This document shows positions 41,990-56,406 of a stretch of 64,000 nucleotides of DNA, piece after piece; the first letter of the stretch is position 1, and every line of letters begins with the position of its first letter. The notes beneath the pieces are model-generated. The model was given only the letters and a program-made list of their open reading frames with translations. It did not search any database and was not told the origin of the DNA. The position numbers were made by a program, and so were the translations under genes. The stretch lies in the NCBI RefSeq assembly GCF_009914755.1, contig NC_060925.1. The stretch is one strand, 5' to 3'. This DNA comes from the human T2T-CHM13v2.0 reference genome, Homo sapiens.

Positions 41990-43215
41990 TGACAGTGGTG
42001 ATAGTGGTTGGAGTGCTAGCGGAGGTGATAGTAGCAGTGGTCGTGGTGCTGATGATAGTACGTGTGAGAGATGAGTTGGTGGTGTAGGTAGTGGGAACAG
42101 TGGCAGTGGTGGTAGTGGTGATGGTAGAAGCAGTGGTAGTGGTGATAGGAGTGGTGGTGGTGATGATAGGAGTGGTGGTGGTTGTAGCAGTGTTGTTGGT
42201 AATGGTGGTAGTGTTAGGAGTGGTGGTAGTTGTTGTGGTAGGAGTGGTAGTGGTGGTAATGGTAGAAGCAGTGGGTAGTGGTTATAGGAGTGGTGGTGGT
42301 TATGGTAGGAGTGGTGGTTGTAGCAGAGTTGGTGATGGTGGTAGTGGTAGGAGTGGTGGTGATAGTGGTGGTAGGAGTGATGGTGGTGATGGTAGGAGTG
42401 GTGGTGATGTTTACTTGGCAAATTCTTGCTCAGGAAGAGTGTAGGAGTGTTGTTGGTGATGGTAGGTAGGAGTGGTGGTGATGGTAGAGGTGGTGGTAAT
42501 GGTAGGAGTGTTGGTGGTGATGGCAAGAGTGGTGGTGATGGTAGGAGTGGTGGTGATGGTGGGAATGGTGGTGATTGCAGTAGGAGTGGTGGTAGTGGTA
42601 GTGAGTGGTGGTGGTGATGGTAGGAGTACTGGTGACTGTAGAAGTGGTGGTGGTTGTAGGAATGGTGGTGATGGTGGTGATTGTAGAAGTGGTGGTGATG
42701 GTAGGAGTGGTAGTGGCTGTGGCAGTGCTGGTGATGGTGAGAGTGATGGTGGTAGTTGTAGTGGTGATGATGGTAGGAGTGGTAGTGGCTGTGGCAGTGC
42801 TGGTGATGGTGGGAGTGATGGTGGTAGTTGTGGTGATGATGGTAGGAGTGGTGGTGGTTGTGGCAGTGCTGGTGATGGTGGGAGTGATGGTGGTAGTGGT
42901 AGTGGTGGGAGAAGTCGTAGTGGTGGTGATGGTAGGAATGGTAGTGGTGGTGGTGGTGATTGTGGGAGTGGTGGTGGTGCCATGAGTAGTGGTGGTGGTG
43001 GTACGAGTTATGGTGATGATGGTAGTGATGGTAGGGGTGGTGGTGACAGTTGTGATGGTTGGGGGGTGGTGATGGTAGAAGTGGTGGTGTTGGTGGTAGG
43101 AGTATTGGTGGTGGTGATGGCTGAAGTGGTGGTGGGGGTAGTAGGAGTGGTGATGATGATGATGACCTGACTGGTGGTGGTGGTGGCCGTATTGGTGGTG
43201 TTGGTGATGGTGGGA
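41990..43215. repeat. 1.2-kb degenerate (GGT/GAT/AGT)n trinucleotide tract with an internal 69-72-bp higher-order repeat
   Basis: Recurrent ggtgatggtaggagtggt; three copies of tggtaggagtggt…tggcagtgctggtgatggtg starting at about 42699, 42771 and 42840. Confidence 0.95.
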
Positions 43216-43655
43216 ATGTTTGTGAGCACTTTCCATTGCACTTAAAAAGAAGTGGACAAACTCATTTCTCTTGCCTGGACAGTTGTGAGTGAAGATGCCT
43301 CCATCCCTGAGTCTGAACCATAAGCTTGGACCACATATATAAGTGATTCACTTTTCCATAGCATCTGTGAAGACATACTTATAGAAACAATGTATAGTTC
43401 TGAAAATCTGAGGGTTTAATGAAAAGTAGCAAAAATTCAGTTGGTCATTTACTTCCCTGGCACATTTGATGATTGACATTTGGTGAAAGAACACTTTATT
43501 GTGAATCTGTTTGAAGTGGTGGGGCAATGAGTATTTTGGAGGTGCCCATAATCAAGCTCTTTCTTCAGAAGCTTGTGATCCTGAGAAATTTTGTGTTTTC
43601 TGTGTTGTCTATAAACTGCAACTTAAGGATGTTTGCAAGGCCTATTGGCATCACG

Positions 43656-43708
43656 TGCTCTCTCTCTCTCTCTCACGCACACACACACACGCATGCGCAC
43701 ACACACAC
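43656..43708. repeat. (CT)n(CA)n compound microsatellite
   Basis: Seen directly in the sequence. Confidence 0.85.
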
Positions 43709-44714
43709 AAGCTTGCTAGAGCTTGCCAGTCATATGACACACTCAAGACCTGGTGTAAGTACTTTTTCTATTTTAGTCATTCACAACTTAACTGGTTTAC
43801 TTGGCAGATTCTTGCTGGGGAAGAACACTTGCTTCAGAACCACATATCCCACTGAAATGTGTCAGCAAAGCAACAAATATGTATCAAGAACAAGGCAATA
43901 GGCTAAGTGCTGAGTGGGCAGATATCACAGTTAAATTATTGCTTGTCTTCCAAAATTTTTGTATCATCTCCAAAGGTTTGTTTTTCCTTTCATATCACAA
44001 CAAAATGATTTCCCAGTCTTCTTTCCACACATTGGGCAAGCTTAAAATACAACATTTCTAAAAATCCTCTTTGGTGTTCCCTGAAAAGATCTATGAGCTA
44101 TGGAAACCAAGCTTACCCTAAGCTGTTTAGCATTAAGAATTTGAGGAAACCAAATCTCCACTTTTATGCAGAAATCAAAGAGTAGCATAAGTAACTTGTA
44201 GGTTATTTTAATAATACAATAATTTTGTAAACAATAAACAGCTCAAATTTTGTAGCTGGCTTTGTAAGTAGAGAAATTGAAATAAAGTCACTCAAAATCA
44301 CACTGACTGATTGATTGTCAAAACTCTTAGTTCTTCCCAGGACTTTTTAAAAAACATACTTTTAATAAAAAGTACAGATAATATTTACATATTTTGTATC
44401 CTGATTTATCTTGTAATATTAAAATATTTCCTGTTTTCCTAATTGTTCATTGACTTACTGCATACCATTCTATGAGTGGATATACCATAATTTACTTAAC
44501 CATTCCCCTAGAATTGGATCTGAGGCTGTTTCCATTTTGGAGAGTTTTTTTTGTTTGTTTCTGTTGGCTACTGAATACTTCCTATGGGAAAGAGGTGGAC
44601 GTGGTGGAAAATGAATTGATAGAATAGTTTGCATTTGTATAAAGCATGCAAATATGTATTTCCAGATATGTCACAGTGAAAGGATAGAATCTTTCCTGTA
44701 GAAAGAACACAGAG

Positions 44715-44935
44715 GTTAAGAATATAGGTTTTGGAGTCAGACAGACCTTGGCTTTATTTCTGAATCCACATAACTGTGTGACTAATTTTGAAAATTTTCT
44801 CGAACTTTCTATAAGCTTCTTTCTTTCATTTCCAAAGTGGGAGTAACCACTCTCTCGTGGGATCATTGTGAGGATAAAATGATTGATATGTAGCAATGTG
44901 CTTGGCACATAGCAGTGCTCATAAAATTGTTGCTA
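44715..44935 (+). mobile_element. MIR
   Basis: ggttaagaatataggttttggagtcagacagacc…gtgcttggcacatag. Confidence 0.75.
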
Positions 44936-44972
44936 TTTTCTATGTTTATCTTATTCCTCATCCAAACTGTAA

Positions 44973-45288
<316 letters not shown>

Positions 45289-47027
45289 CATTCATTTATT
45301 TATTCAGCATTCACCAGTGGCTGTTGCATGCCTGACACTGAGCTTTTTACTGGCAAGACAGAGCTGAATGAGGCTGTGTTTCTGCCTTGTGGATCCCCCA
45401 GTATCCAGGGACCCAGATCAAACAGATAGGCAAGACCCCTGTGTCACGGAGGAAACTACAGGGGAAGGTACTGCTTTGGGAGTGGCTCTTGGGAAAAGTA
45501 ATAGCAAAAGCCCAGAGGTTAGCACCGAAAAAGATCAAGTTCAGACTCTGCCTTTGCTATTTTCTTGCTGTGAGGCCTTGGGTAAATTACTTAAAGTTTC
45601 TGAATTTCACTTTCTGCATTTGTATTCTTACTCTGCAAAGTGTTGTGAAAGAATATACATATAGCTCTGGGCATGTAGCAGATGCTCAAAAATGATTATT
45701 ATGCTTGAAGTCTTCAGTGCCCCAATCATGGCTGATTTTCATGAAAATAAACTCAACAAACTCCAGTGTTCTGAAATGTCTGAGACTGGCTCAGCTGTGC
45801 TCAGGTTAGTCTGAAATACATTTTATTACAGTCTAATTCTCTGCAAAGTGGTCATCCACACATCTTGTGTATGGTAATGTGGAATTAGAATATTCAGCTC
45901 TCAGTGAATTTCATTTATTGGCCATTATGTAAAAACCAAAGAAAAATGACTTATGAAGACATTGATTGCTTTGTAGCTTTAAAAGACCTCCTTAGAATTA
46001 GAATGGCTACACAGCCTCTAAGAATATGGTCTACACTATATATTTTGTCATCCTGCAGACACAACAAGGAAGTGGGAATCGAATCTATTTAGCAGGATGT
46101 CTTTATGTGTGAAGATTTCTTGCTGCTTATAAATGCTTATTTGATTATTTATTCATAGATATAGAAAGCACTTTTCTTTCATTCTGTTTCCTCATTGTCA
46201 CCCAAGTAAGAGTCACTTATTACTGATGTGCTAAAGAATAACAGATGAGCATTGACCTTCAATTAAACATTAGCAAATATGTTGCAGTAGCATAAAAAAT
46301 AACATCCACTTGCTTCAGAATAGAATGAGATGATGCTTAACATTTCTATTGCTGAGGTCCTACAAGTAAAACATGTTTGTTTCATAAATAGAATTTATAT
46401 TATCAATTGGAACATATTCTTCAATGCATTATTTTGCCTACTGCTTAGGAATATCTTCCTTTGTTAATTTTGAGTTATTTTATTTCTACTATTCAGCCAT
46501 GCTTATAAAATGCAAGTCATATTTCTAATATTATTGCTGTTCTTTTAGTCAGATGGGTTCAACCACATTTATTCAGCACCTGCTATGTGCAGTACACTTG
46601 TCAGCATGCTGGTCTTAAACCTTGAACTATAAACTGAAATCACATTAACAATGTCTAGAGAAAGACTGCAGAGATTTAAAATAAAGAAAAGTCAGAGAAA
46701 GGTGAGTTATGTTTTTTTTGACCACTGGGCCAAACAGTGAAAGGAGAATAGGAGAGGAGGTTTTCTTAAAGGCACAACAGGATTCACACAAATGAGGAGA
46801 CTTAGAACAGAAAGGTCACAAATACAGCACTTGTAGTGCTGGGGATATGTATTAATATTTTAAAAAAACAACATATTTTGAAATAATTCTGCACTTAAAA
46901 GTCACAAGTATGCTACAAAGAGCTCACATATCTCCCTCGTTCTCATGCCTGAGCTGGCTCCTTCCTGAGCTGGATACATACGCCCGTTATCAGAACGTTT
47001 TTCTGACCACTTGAGGGCAAGCTGCAG

Positions 47028-47320
<293 letters not shown>

Positions 47321-49058
47321 TCACTCCTAAGTACCCCATTGTGTATGCCCCCAAACAAGGACACTCTCCCATGCACCCAACCTGCAGCTTCCTCCAAGTC
47401 ATGAAGTCAGCATTAATACAACACTCTTCTCCAGTCTACAGACTCCATTCCATTTCACCAAGCATCCCAGTGATGCTCCTTTCTCCTTTCTGACTCAGGA
47501 ACACACATTGCATGCAGTTGTTGTAGCTCTTAAGTTTCCTCCTGCTTGAGCAGTTCGTTAGTACTCAATCATTCTCTGTCTTCCATGTCCTTGAAAGTTT
47601 TCAGGAGTGTAGACCTTACATTTTGTTGGATGACCTTCAGCCTGGGTCTTTCGGATGTTTCCTCATGACCGGGTTCAGGTCATGCAACCCTAATGAGAAC
47701 CTCTTGAAAATGATACTGTGCGTTCACATCAGGTGTCACACAGTGTGGACCCCTCCCGCCACTGTGGATGGTAACCTTCATCACCCCATCATTCTGTGGC
47801 TGCCTGGTTTCTCCAGCACTAAGTTCCCATGTTTCCTTTGATATCTAAATAGTATGTTGTGGGCATGATAGTCTATGATTATTCTGATGCCTACTCCCCA
47901 TCAAACCTCCATTTCATCATTCATTTCCATTAGTCAGCATTCTATTAGCATGGATGTGTTGGTTCCTATTCTATTCAATGGGCTGTACTTTATTACTATT
48001 ATTTTGATTCTCAAAGTGTCTCAGGTTTGGACCAGAGGAACTTCTTCAAGGTGTCTCTTGTGTTCTATTGACATGTCCCCATCTGCCTTTGAATACTTCT
48101 TAATTTTTTTGTACAACAGGATGCTGTAGACACATCTGTACTGCCCCTGCCTCAGCCCTGGCCTCAGCCATTTCTCCCAGGAGCTCTGGTTCCTTGTATG
48201 GATGGATGGAGTTTAGAAATCAGGATCTGTGTGCTTGGTGTGCTCATGGCTACTGAGGTGTCATTACTTATAGGCCTTCTCAGTAGGTAAATATAGAAAA
48301 TGTATGTAAATGCACTCATATGCTTCCTTCGCTATTTCCATATTCACCTGTGAGTTTGCATATTAAAAACTAGTAGTTTATGCTAATGTTTCCTATTCCA
48401 GTGCAAGTCATTAGAATCTTTTCTACCCTTCCCCCTTTCCATGATTATATGAACATTCTCCAATAATCAGGAATCTGGCCCTCTTTATCTTCATATCCTT
48501 AACTCCTTCATTTGTTTACATATTTCTCCATGTAACCTATCTCCCATTTATCCCAGCTGTCTTCCCCATCTGTTGCTGTGTTCCCCTCAATGTGCCTCAT
48601 CCCCAGGCCCTGGCAGGCTCATCACCACGTGTGCTGCCAGATGCCTCTGTGTGGCAGCCCCTGCATCCTTGGTGCTGGTGAGTGGACCACCTGTGTGCTC
48701 CTGTACAGGCTCCCAACTTACCAATGGGGCCGCTCACTGCCACCTTTTCTGCACAGGAAGAGACGAGAAGGCCCATTTATGATTTTGACCCCAGTCCCAG
48801 GCACTGAGTTCTTCAAGGGCCAGGAATGTGACTTGTTGATCTTTGTAGCCCAACAGTCTAGCAATGTTGATTTACCCAAAGCATTATTAATTGAGTGACA
48901 GATGAAATAATAAATAAACATGGCATTTGAAAGGTGAAAAAGTCTTGTCAATCATTTTCAAACACTCTCCTCTCCCAGAGGAACCATTTCCACATCATCT
49001 GTATCACATGGACAAAGATTGCCAATCTGGGTAAAGCTTCCTCCTTCCCCCATTGAGG

Positions 49059-49402
49059 TGTGAAATGGACTGAATGCTTGTGCTCCCTAAATTCCTGTGT
49101 TGAAACCCTAATTCTAATGCGATGGTATTAGGAGGTGGAGTGTTTGGGAGGTGATTAGGTCATGAGGGTGGAGGCTTCATGAATGGAATTAGTGCCCTTA
49201 TACGAAGAAACCAGAGAGGTAGCTTGTTCCCTTTCTGCCATGAGAAAAAGCAGCTGCCTGAAACGTGGCAGCTCTCACCAGAACCTATGCTGGCAGCTTG
49301 ATCTTCGACTTCCAGCCTCCAGAACTCTGGGCAATACATTTCTGTTGTTTAATCTACCCAGTCTATGGTACTCTGTAATAGCATCACCAACCGACATAGA
49401 CA
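49059..49402 (+). mobile_element. MLT1A/MSTD-type MaLR LTR
   Basis: atggactgaatgcttgtg…gtgattaggtcatgagggtggag…cccagtctatggtac. Confidence 0.8.
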
Positions 49403-49776
49403 AGGAGGTCTCTGATGCACCTTTTTGTTGTTTTGTAACAATCATGATTTAAAAACATCTTGTGGAGGTATTGGTCATATTTAGCACATGAGGCTCTGGG
49501 ACTTAAGTGGGGTAAGTGATTTGTCAAATAGAATATGCACAGTTAGTGTCAAAGCCGTTGCCCGGATCTGGGTACCCTGATCCTTAGTGTTGTGATTCTG
49601 TGTTCTATCCAATGTCATGCCTCCCCCACATGACTCAGGAGCAGAGTGCTGGCATGGAGAAGAGACAGGGTGGCTGAGCGAGCTCACTTATGGTCCTGAA
49701 TACCAGGGGCAGAGGTTTGGACTTTGTTCTGCAGCGCACATGGAGTCCTCCAGGCCTTTGAGAAGATTTTGTATTA

Positions 49777-50140
49777 CAGGTTGAGTACCTCTTCTATGAA
49801 ATGCTTAGGACCAGAAGTGTTTTAAATTTCCAATATTTTGGGGGGTTTTAGAGTATTTGCACATATATAATGAGATATCTTCAGGATAGGACCCAAGCCT
49901 ATACATGAAATTCATTTATGTTTTTTGTACATCTTATACACATAGTCTGAAGTTAACGCTATGCAAAATTTCAAAATAATTTTGCACATGAAACAAAATT
50001 TTGGCTGCATTTTGACTATGACCCGTCACATGAGGTCAGATGTGCAGTTTTCTACTTATGGCATCATGTCAGCACTCAAAAGCTTTCAGACTTTGGGGCA
50101 TTTCAAATTTCAGATTTTTGGATTAGAGATGCTCAACCTG
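49777..50140. mobile_element. Tigger4b/MER46-type DNA transposon
   Basis: TIRs CAGGTTGAGTA / TGCTCAACCTG, TA-flanked. Confidence 0.85.
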
Positions 50141-50959
50141 TAACATGTATGAAAGTGCTTGGAGTAATGCCAGGTTCTAGCAGATGTTTTTGCATTTTGT
50201 TTATCAGCTTGTGCACATCTGAGTGTTAGGAAGGTCGCTCTGTTGGTGATGTGTGGAAACCATGGAAGGAGTGAGAGAGATCAGACAGAGAGTAATTCAT
50301 CCTTGCAGAAGTGCTGACAACTCGGGCTAGGCTGGGGACAGTAGAAATGGAGAAGATGTGAATATGTCAAATACCACGAGAGACTCACGAGGATGTGAAA
50401 TGTAGGAAGAGGACAAAGCAAAGGATCTGAAGCTGAAGGCCTGGATGGGATAGTGCCCTTGCAAGGCAGAGTAACATCTTGCTAGGTAGGTAGGCAGTGA
50501 GCTTGATTTAAGACTTGATGAGATTTATGTCTTATATTCATTTAGTTGCTAATGAAAAGGATTTAAAGTGGCTTATGAAAAACATAAAAAAACAAGAAAC
50601 AAAACAAGGGAATCTAAAGTTCATTGTAATCAGACTCATTTTTTGAACAATTTGCTGTGAGCCAGGCAGCATCCCAGGTGCAGGTCACTATACAATGACC
50701 AACACTGTGTCATGGCGCCTCTTGTGTGGATGCATGAGGCCTTGAACATGTGGAGGTGAGGGTGTGGTGGCTTGTCAAGGAGAACCTGCCTGTGCTTAGG
50801 GAGCTGGTGGAGCAGGGAGCCTACCTGCAGGGTTGGCAGGACCGGAGGAGATACTGGGATCTGATGGATGAGGTAGACTTAGCCTGGGCTGGATGTGGAG
50901 GAAGAATGACTCTGGCAATGGGAACAGCAGATTCTCCTGAACCCTGCTCCCAGCTCCTC

Positions 50960-51430
50960 TCACAGCAACTTTGCTTTTCTGGTTCCCTATGTCCGATCTG
51001 TCAGAGAACATCTCAAATCCGACCACTTTTCACCACCTGCGCTTTCATTTCCAGGTCCTGGCTACCCTTAGGTCTTGCCTGGGGAACATCAATGACCCTG
51101 TGACTGGTCTCTGGGCTCTGCTCTTTTACAATGTGTTCCCAACAGAGCAGCCAGGTGATCCTGTTAAACATGAGCTAGATCATGCCAGTCCTCTGCTCAG
51201 AACCCTTCAGTGGCTCTCATCTCCCTTGGGGTAAACACCAAAGTCTGCTACAATGGCCTATGTGGCTCTGAAGATCAAGCCCACTCTCATACCCTCTCTC
51301 CCTCATCTACTACTTTCCCCTTGGTTCACCCTACTAGGAGTGTTCCTTACATATTAAAGTGTGTATTTGCCTCATGGCTTTTGCACTCTCTGGGAGCTCC
51401 CTCTGCCTGGAATATCCAATTAGTGAATAG
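50960..51430 (+). mobile_element. L2 fragment
   Basis: aatccgaccacttttcaccacc…cagagcagccaggtgatcctgttaaaca…cctctgcctggaat. Confidence 0.7.
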
Positions 51431-51664
51431 GGGTGTCATTCGGGGAACCCAGAGAGCCAGCTTTTGTCAGAATGGAGGTAGGATGCACCCTTATGCTAAC
51501 CAGAGGTGGTGCTGGCAGGGCAAGTGGAAGCTCCCAGTAGCTGAGAGCTGTGAGAGAGGCTGGAGTAGGAGATAATTTAGAAATTGGAGATCATCACTGA
51601 AGCTATGCAATTGCTGGTGACCATCCTGATGCCCTTTTCTAATCATAAGATAAAAAATAACTGG

Positions 51665-52085
51665 GGCTGAGCATGGTGGCTCACGCCTGCAATCCTAACA
51701 CTTTGGGAGGCCGAGGCAGGAAGATCACTTGAGGCCAGGAGTTTGTGATCAGCCTGGACAACATGACAAAACCCCATCTCTGAAAAAAAAAATTTAAAAA
51801 GCAGAGCCTGGTGGCACATACCTGTAGTCCAAGTTACTTAGGAGGCTGAGGTGGGAGTATTGCTTGAGCCCAGGAGTTTGACATCAGCCTGGGCAACATA
51901 ACAGGGCTCCTTAGCTACAAAAATAAAAATAAAAAAAGCTAGGTGTGGTGGCACATGCCAGTAGTCCCAGCTACTTGGGAGGCTGAGGCAGGAGGATCGC
52001 TTGAGCCCAGGAGTTGGAGGCTGCCACTGCATTCCAGCATAGGTGACAGAGCAACACTTTGTCTTAAAAAAGAAAAAAAAAGAGA
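51665..52085 (+). mobile_element. Trimeric/compound AluJ
   Basis: Three consecutive Alu monomers separated by two A-rich linkers. Confidence 0.85.
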
Positions 52086-52374
52086 GAAAGTAGTAGCTTT
52101 TGATGCCTACCCTTTTGAAGGTGAGTGGCAGCATGGAACATAGCTAATCACAGATATTTTCTGCGATAACTTATATCTTTCTTTGGAATTCACTGTGAGT
52201 GTAATTTTTGGCAGCCAGTTTACCATTTCCAGTGTTTAATTTTGTTGGATCAGCCTGCGCTCTCTGAGAACTTTTCATCTGGCAGTGGATGGGTATAGTT
52301 TAGAATATGGTGGATAGCAGAGGGAGGCTAGACTGGGTTTTTAATTTTTTTTGGAATTTGAAGACAGTGCTTAA

Positions 52375-52590
52375 TGATATTACTAATAATAGACAATCCT
52401 TTTGAACACATACAAAATGCCAGGCATGATGCTAATTGCTTTGCATAGATTATCTCAGTTAATCCTCAGAAGGCCTTATGATGTAGATACTATTATTAAC
52501 CCCATTTTTTACAGAGCAGGAAACTGAAGCTTAGAAAGGTTAAGTAACTTGAAGGTCAGACAGCTAGAAGTGGCAGAGGTGGGGAAGACT
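52375..52590 (-). mobile_element. MIR
   Basis: cccatttttacagagcaggaaactgaagcttagaaaggttaagtaactt. Confidence 0.75.
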
Positions 52591-54370
52591 CAGGTTTTCT
52601 CCTAACCCCTATGGAACAGATCTGGATGCATCTTTACATACATTATGACTGTATCAGGATGCTATTTTAGAACACATAATTCAAGAACTTTATTGCGTTT
52701 CACCAAAGTTTTGATTTTGTAGAACAAGAAATAAAGTATTAAGAAAGAAATCATATAAACATTTGAACGCTTGGTGTCAGTTAAGGAATGGGTACATTTC
52801 AGCATTATCCTAGAAGGTCTTATCAGGCCAGACTCTACTGCGTATTTTAAGTGGGGTGTCTGAATTAGCTTCTGCAGTAACTTCTGAAGAAGGTGGCACA
52901 GACTGAGAGATCTGCTAATTACTTGGGACTTGATCTTGGACAGATGACCTTTTCTAGTATCCTTAGAATGAATTGTTGGTAAATGCTTAGTTTCCGGCTA
53001 TAGGTTTCAATGCATATGACAAGTTTATGTGAATGTCTTTCACTTAACAGCCTCAGAGACACAAGTTTTCTGCCCTTTCCTCTACCTTTTTGGGACCCAG
53101 GTGTGTGCCTTGGGAATGGGCCAGTGCAGGAAAAGAGTTAGGTTGAGAGGCACGCTGTGACTCATGTTACTCTCTGCTGGTGTATGATAAAAGGTTTTGT
53201 TCAAAATGACAAGCTTGTTGAAAAATGTGTTTTAATTTAGACTTGAGTCTTATCGAAATGGCCTCCTTAGAAAATGGCTTATAGAGCCATAAGAACATAA
53301 AGGAGTCTTTGTGATCTAGGGTAGAGACTCTTAAAACATTTTCTCATTATGACGTAAAAAAGGATAATGTTTGTATTGCACACTGGGGTTAAGTAGTAAG
53401 TGCTCATGGCCCGAGGTGATGGCTTGGGATGTTGAGCTGCCTTGGGCCCACCCACTGCCCCAGGGTGAAGAGGATCAAGGTCTTAGTGCACTAGCCTGCC
53501 AAGGACCACCAGAAGGGAAGCTCTGATGAATGGTATCTTAAAACCCAGTCCTTCCATTTCTGCAGAAATAGTTTTATGTGAAACTTTCTAATTCTTTGGG
53601 CATTGGATTTTGAAGATAAGTTCTCATTAGAATGGATTCCAATTTCTGCAGTTTATTTAAAATTTTTTAACAGTTTGATACCAACACTTTATTAGCAAAG
53701 AAAATGGAATCAACTTTTTTTTTTGGTGCCAGAAAGCATAGTTTTTTTTCCATAAGAAACAAAGGTGAAATATATGTAATGGGTGAGAGACAACCAAAAC
53801 TTGCCACATAAGGGCCAGTGAGAGAATCCCAACAAATAGCAAAAGTTCATTTTTCCATGACCTATTCATCACAGAACAATTAAAAAGCTACACAAAGATC
53901 AGTCTTACCTGCATTTTAGAAATACATTTCAATTCACCCATGGATCCAACATGGGTGATCTATCTATCTATTCTTTTAGATAGACAGAGAAGTTTTTATT
54001 AACTAACTTAGGAAAAAACACTACCTGTTAAACTCATAAACAATTGTTTAAAGAGTATCTACAGAATCCTTCTCTCAATGTTTCCATGTAAAAGAAATGA
54101 AAATCAATAGTCCAGAGATCCTCGTTAATAATGAGCCACTGATAAACACAACATATTTATAACTTGTATAACATTTTATTTATGTGCATTCTTTGAGCAT
54201 TATGCAATGTAATTAAAATTTTTTTAAATAAAAAAATTTAATATCTTTATTTTTTGTCAATTGATTTTTCCCCACTTAAAAAATTTGCAAATAATAATTG
54301 TGCATATTTATGGGGTACATAGCGATGCTTCAGTACATATAATATATAGTGATCAGATCGGGGTAATTAG

Positions 54371-54754
<384 letters not shown>

Positions 54755-54934
54755 TAAAATATACTATTGTGAACTATAGTCATTCTCTATTGCTGTAGAA
54801 CACTAGAACTTATTCCTCCTATCTAGCTGTAATTCTGTAACTTTTAACAAATCTCTCCCTATCCTTCACTTCCCCCTACCCTTCTCAGCCTCTAATATCC
54901 TCTATCCTACCTCTTACTTCTATGACATCAACCC

Positions 54935-55340
54935 TGATACAGTTTGGATGTTTGTCCCCTTCAAATTTCATGTTGAAATGTGATCCCCAGTGTTGGAGAT
55001 GGGCCTGGTGGGAGGTGTTTGGGTCATGGGGTGGATCCCTCGAGAATGGCTTGATTCTCTTCCCATGGTAATGAGTGAGTTTTCACTCTGTTAGTTCACA
55101 TGAGAGCTGGTTAAAAGAGCCTGGCATTTCTTGCTTGTTCCCTCTCTTGCCACGTGATGTGCCTGCTCTCCCTTAGCCTTCTGCCATGATTGTAAGCTCC
55201 CTGAGGCCCTCACTGGAAGCAGATGCCGGCACTAAGCTTCTTGTAAAGTCTGCAGAACCAGGAGCTAAATAAATCTGTTTTCTTTATAAATTACCCAGCC
55301 TCAGGTATTCCTTTATAGCAATGCAAAACGGATTTAAGCA
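54935..55340 (+). mobile_element. MSTB-type MaLR solo LTR nested in L1
   Basis: tgatacagtttggatgtttgtcccc…ttataaattacccagcctcaggtattcctttatagca; flanks AACCC/AACTC. Confidence 0.85.
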
Positions 55341-56105
55341 AACTCATTTTAGCTTCCACATATGAGTGAAAACATGTTTAACTTTCTGTTCCTGGCTTAT
55401 TTCACTTAACATAATGTCTTTCAGTTCCATTCATGTTGCCAAGAATGACAGGATTTCATTCTTAATGGCTGAATAGTATTTCATTGTGGATATATACCAC
55501 ATTTGCTTTATCCATTCATCTGTTGTTGGACACTTAGATTGATTCCATATCTTGACTAATATGAATAATGCTGCAAGAACATGGGGGTGTAGATGTCTCT
55601 TTGAGATGCTGATTTCCTTTCTTTTGGATAAATGTGCAGTAGTGGGATTGCTGGATCATATGATTGTTCTATTTGTAGTTTCTTGAGGAACTTCCATACT
55701 GTTCTCCATTGTGGCTGTACTGGTTTACATTCCCACCAACAATGTATAAGAGTTCCTTTTTCTTCACATCCTTACAAGCATTTGCTGTTTATTTTATTTT
55801 TTTGTCTTTTTGATAATAGCTATCCTAACTGGGGTGAGATGATACCTCATTGTGATTTTGATTTGCATATACCTGATGATCAGTGATGTTGAGCATTAAA
55901 AATACATTTTTGGCCATTTTTATGCCTTCTTTTGAGAAATGTCTGTTCGGATTATTTGCCCATTTTTAAATTAGATTGTATTTCTTTTGTTGAGATGATT
56001 CAGTTCCTTGTATATTCTGGATAGTAATCCCCTGTTGGATGGGTAGTTTGCAAACATTTTCTCCCATTCTGTAGGTTGTCTTTTCACTCTGTTGATTGTT
56101 TATAT

Positions 56106-56406
<301 letters not shown>

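Noticed and set aside
41618-43241. Long ORFs (302, 268, 232 and 190 aa) resembling mucin, extensin or glycine-rich proteins
   Set aside because: They arise from the stop-poor triplet repeat in several frames on both strands; no gene structure supports them.
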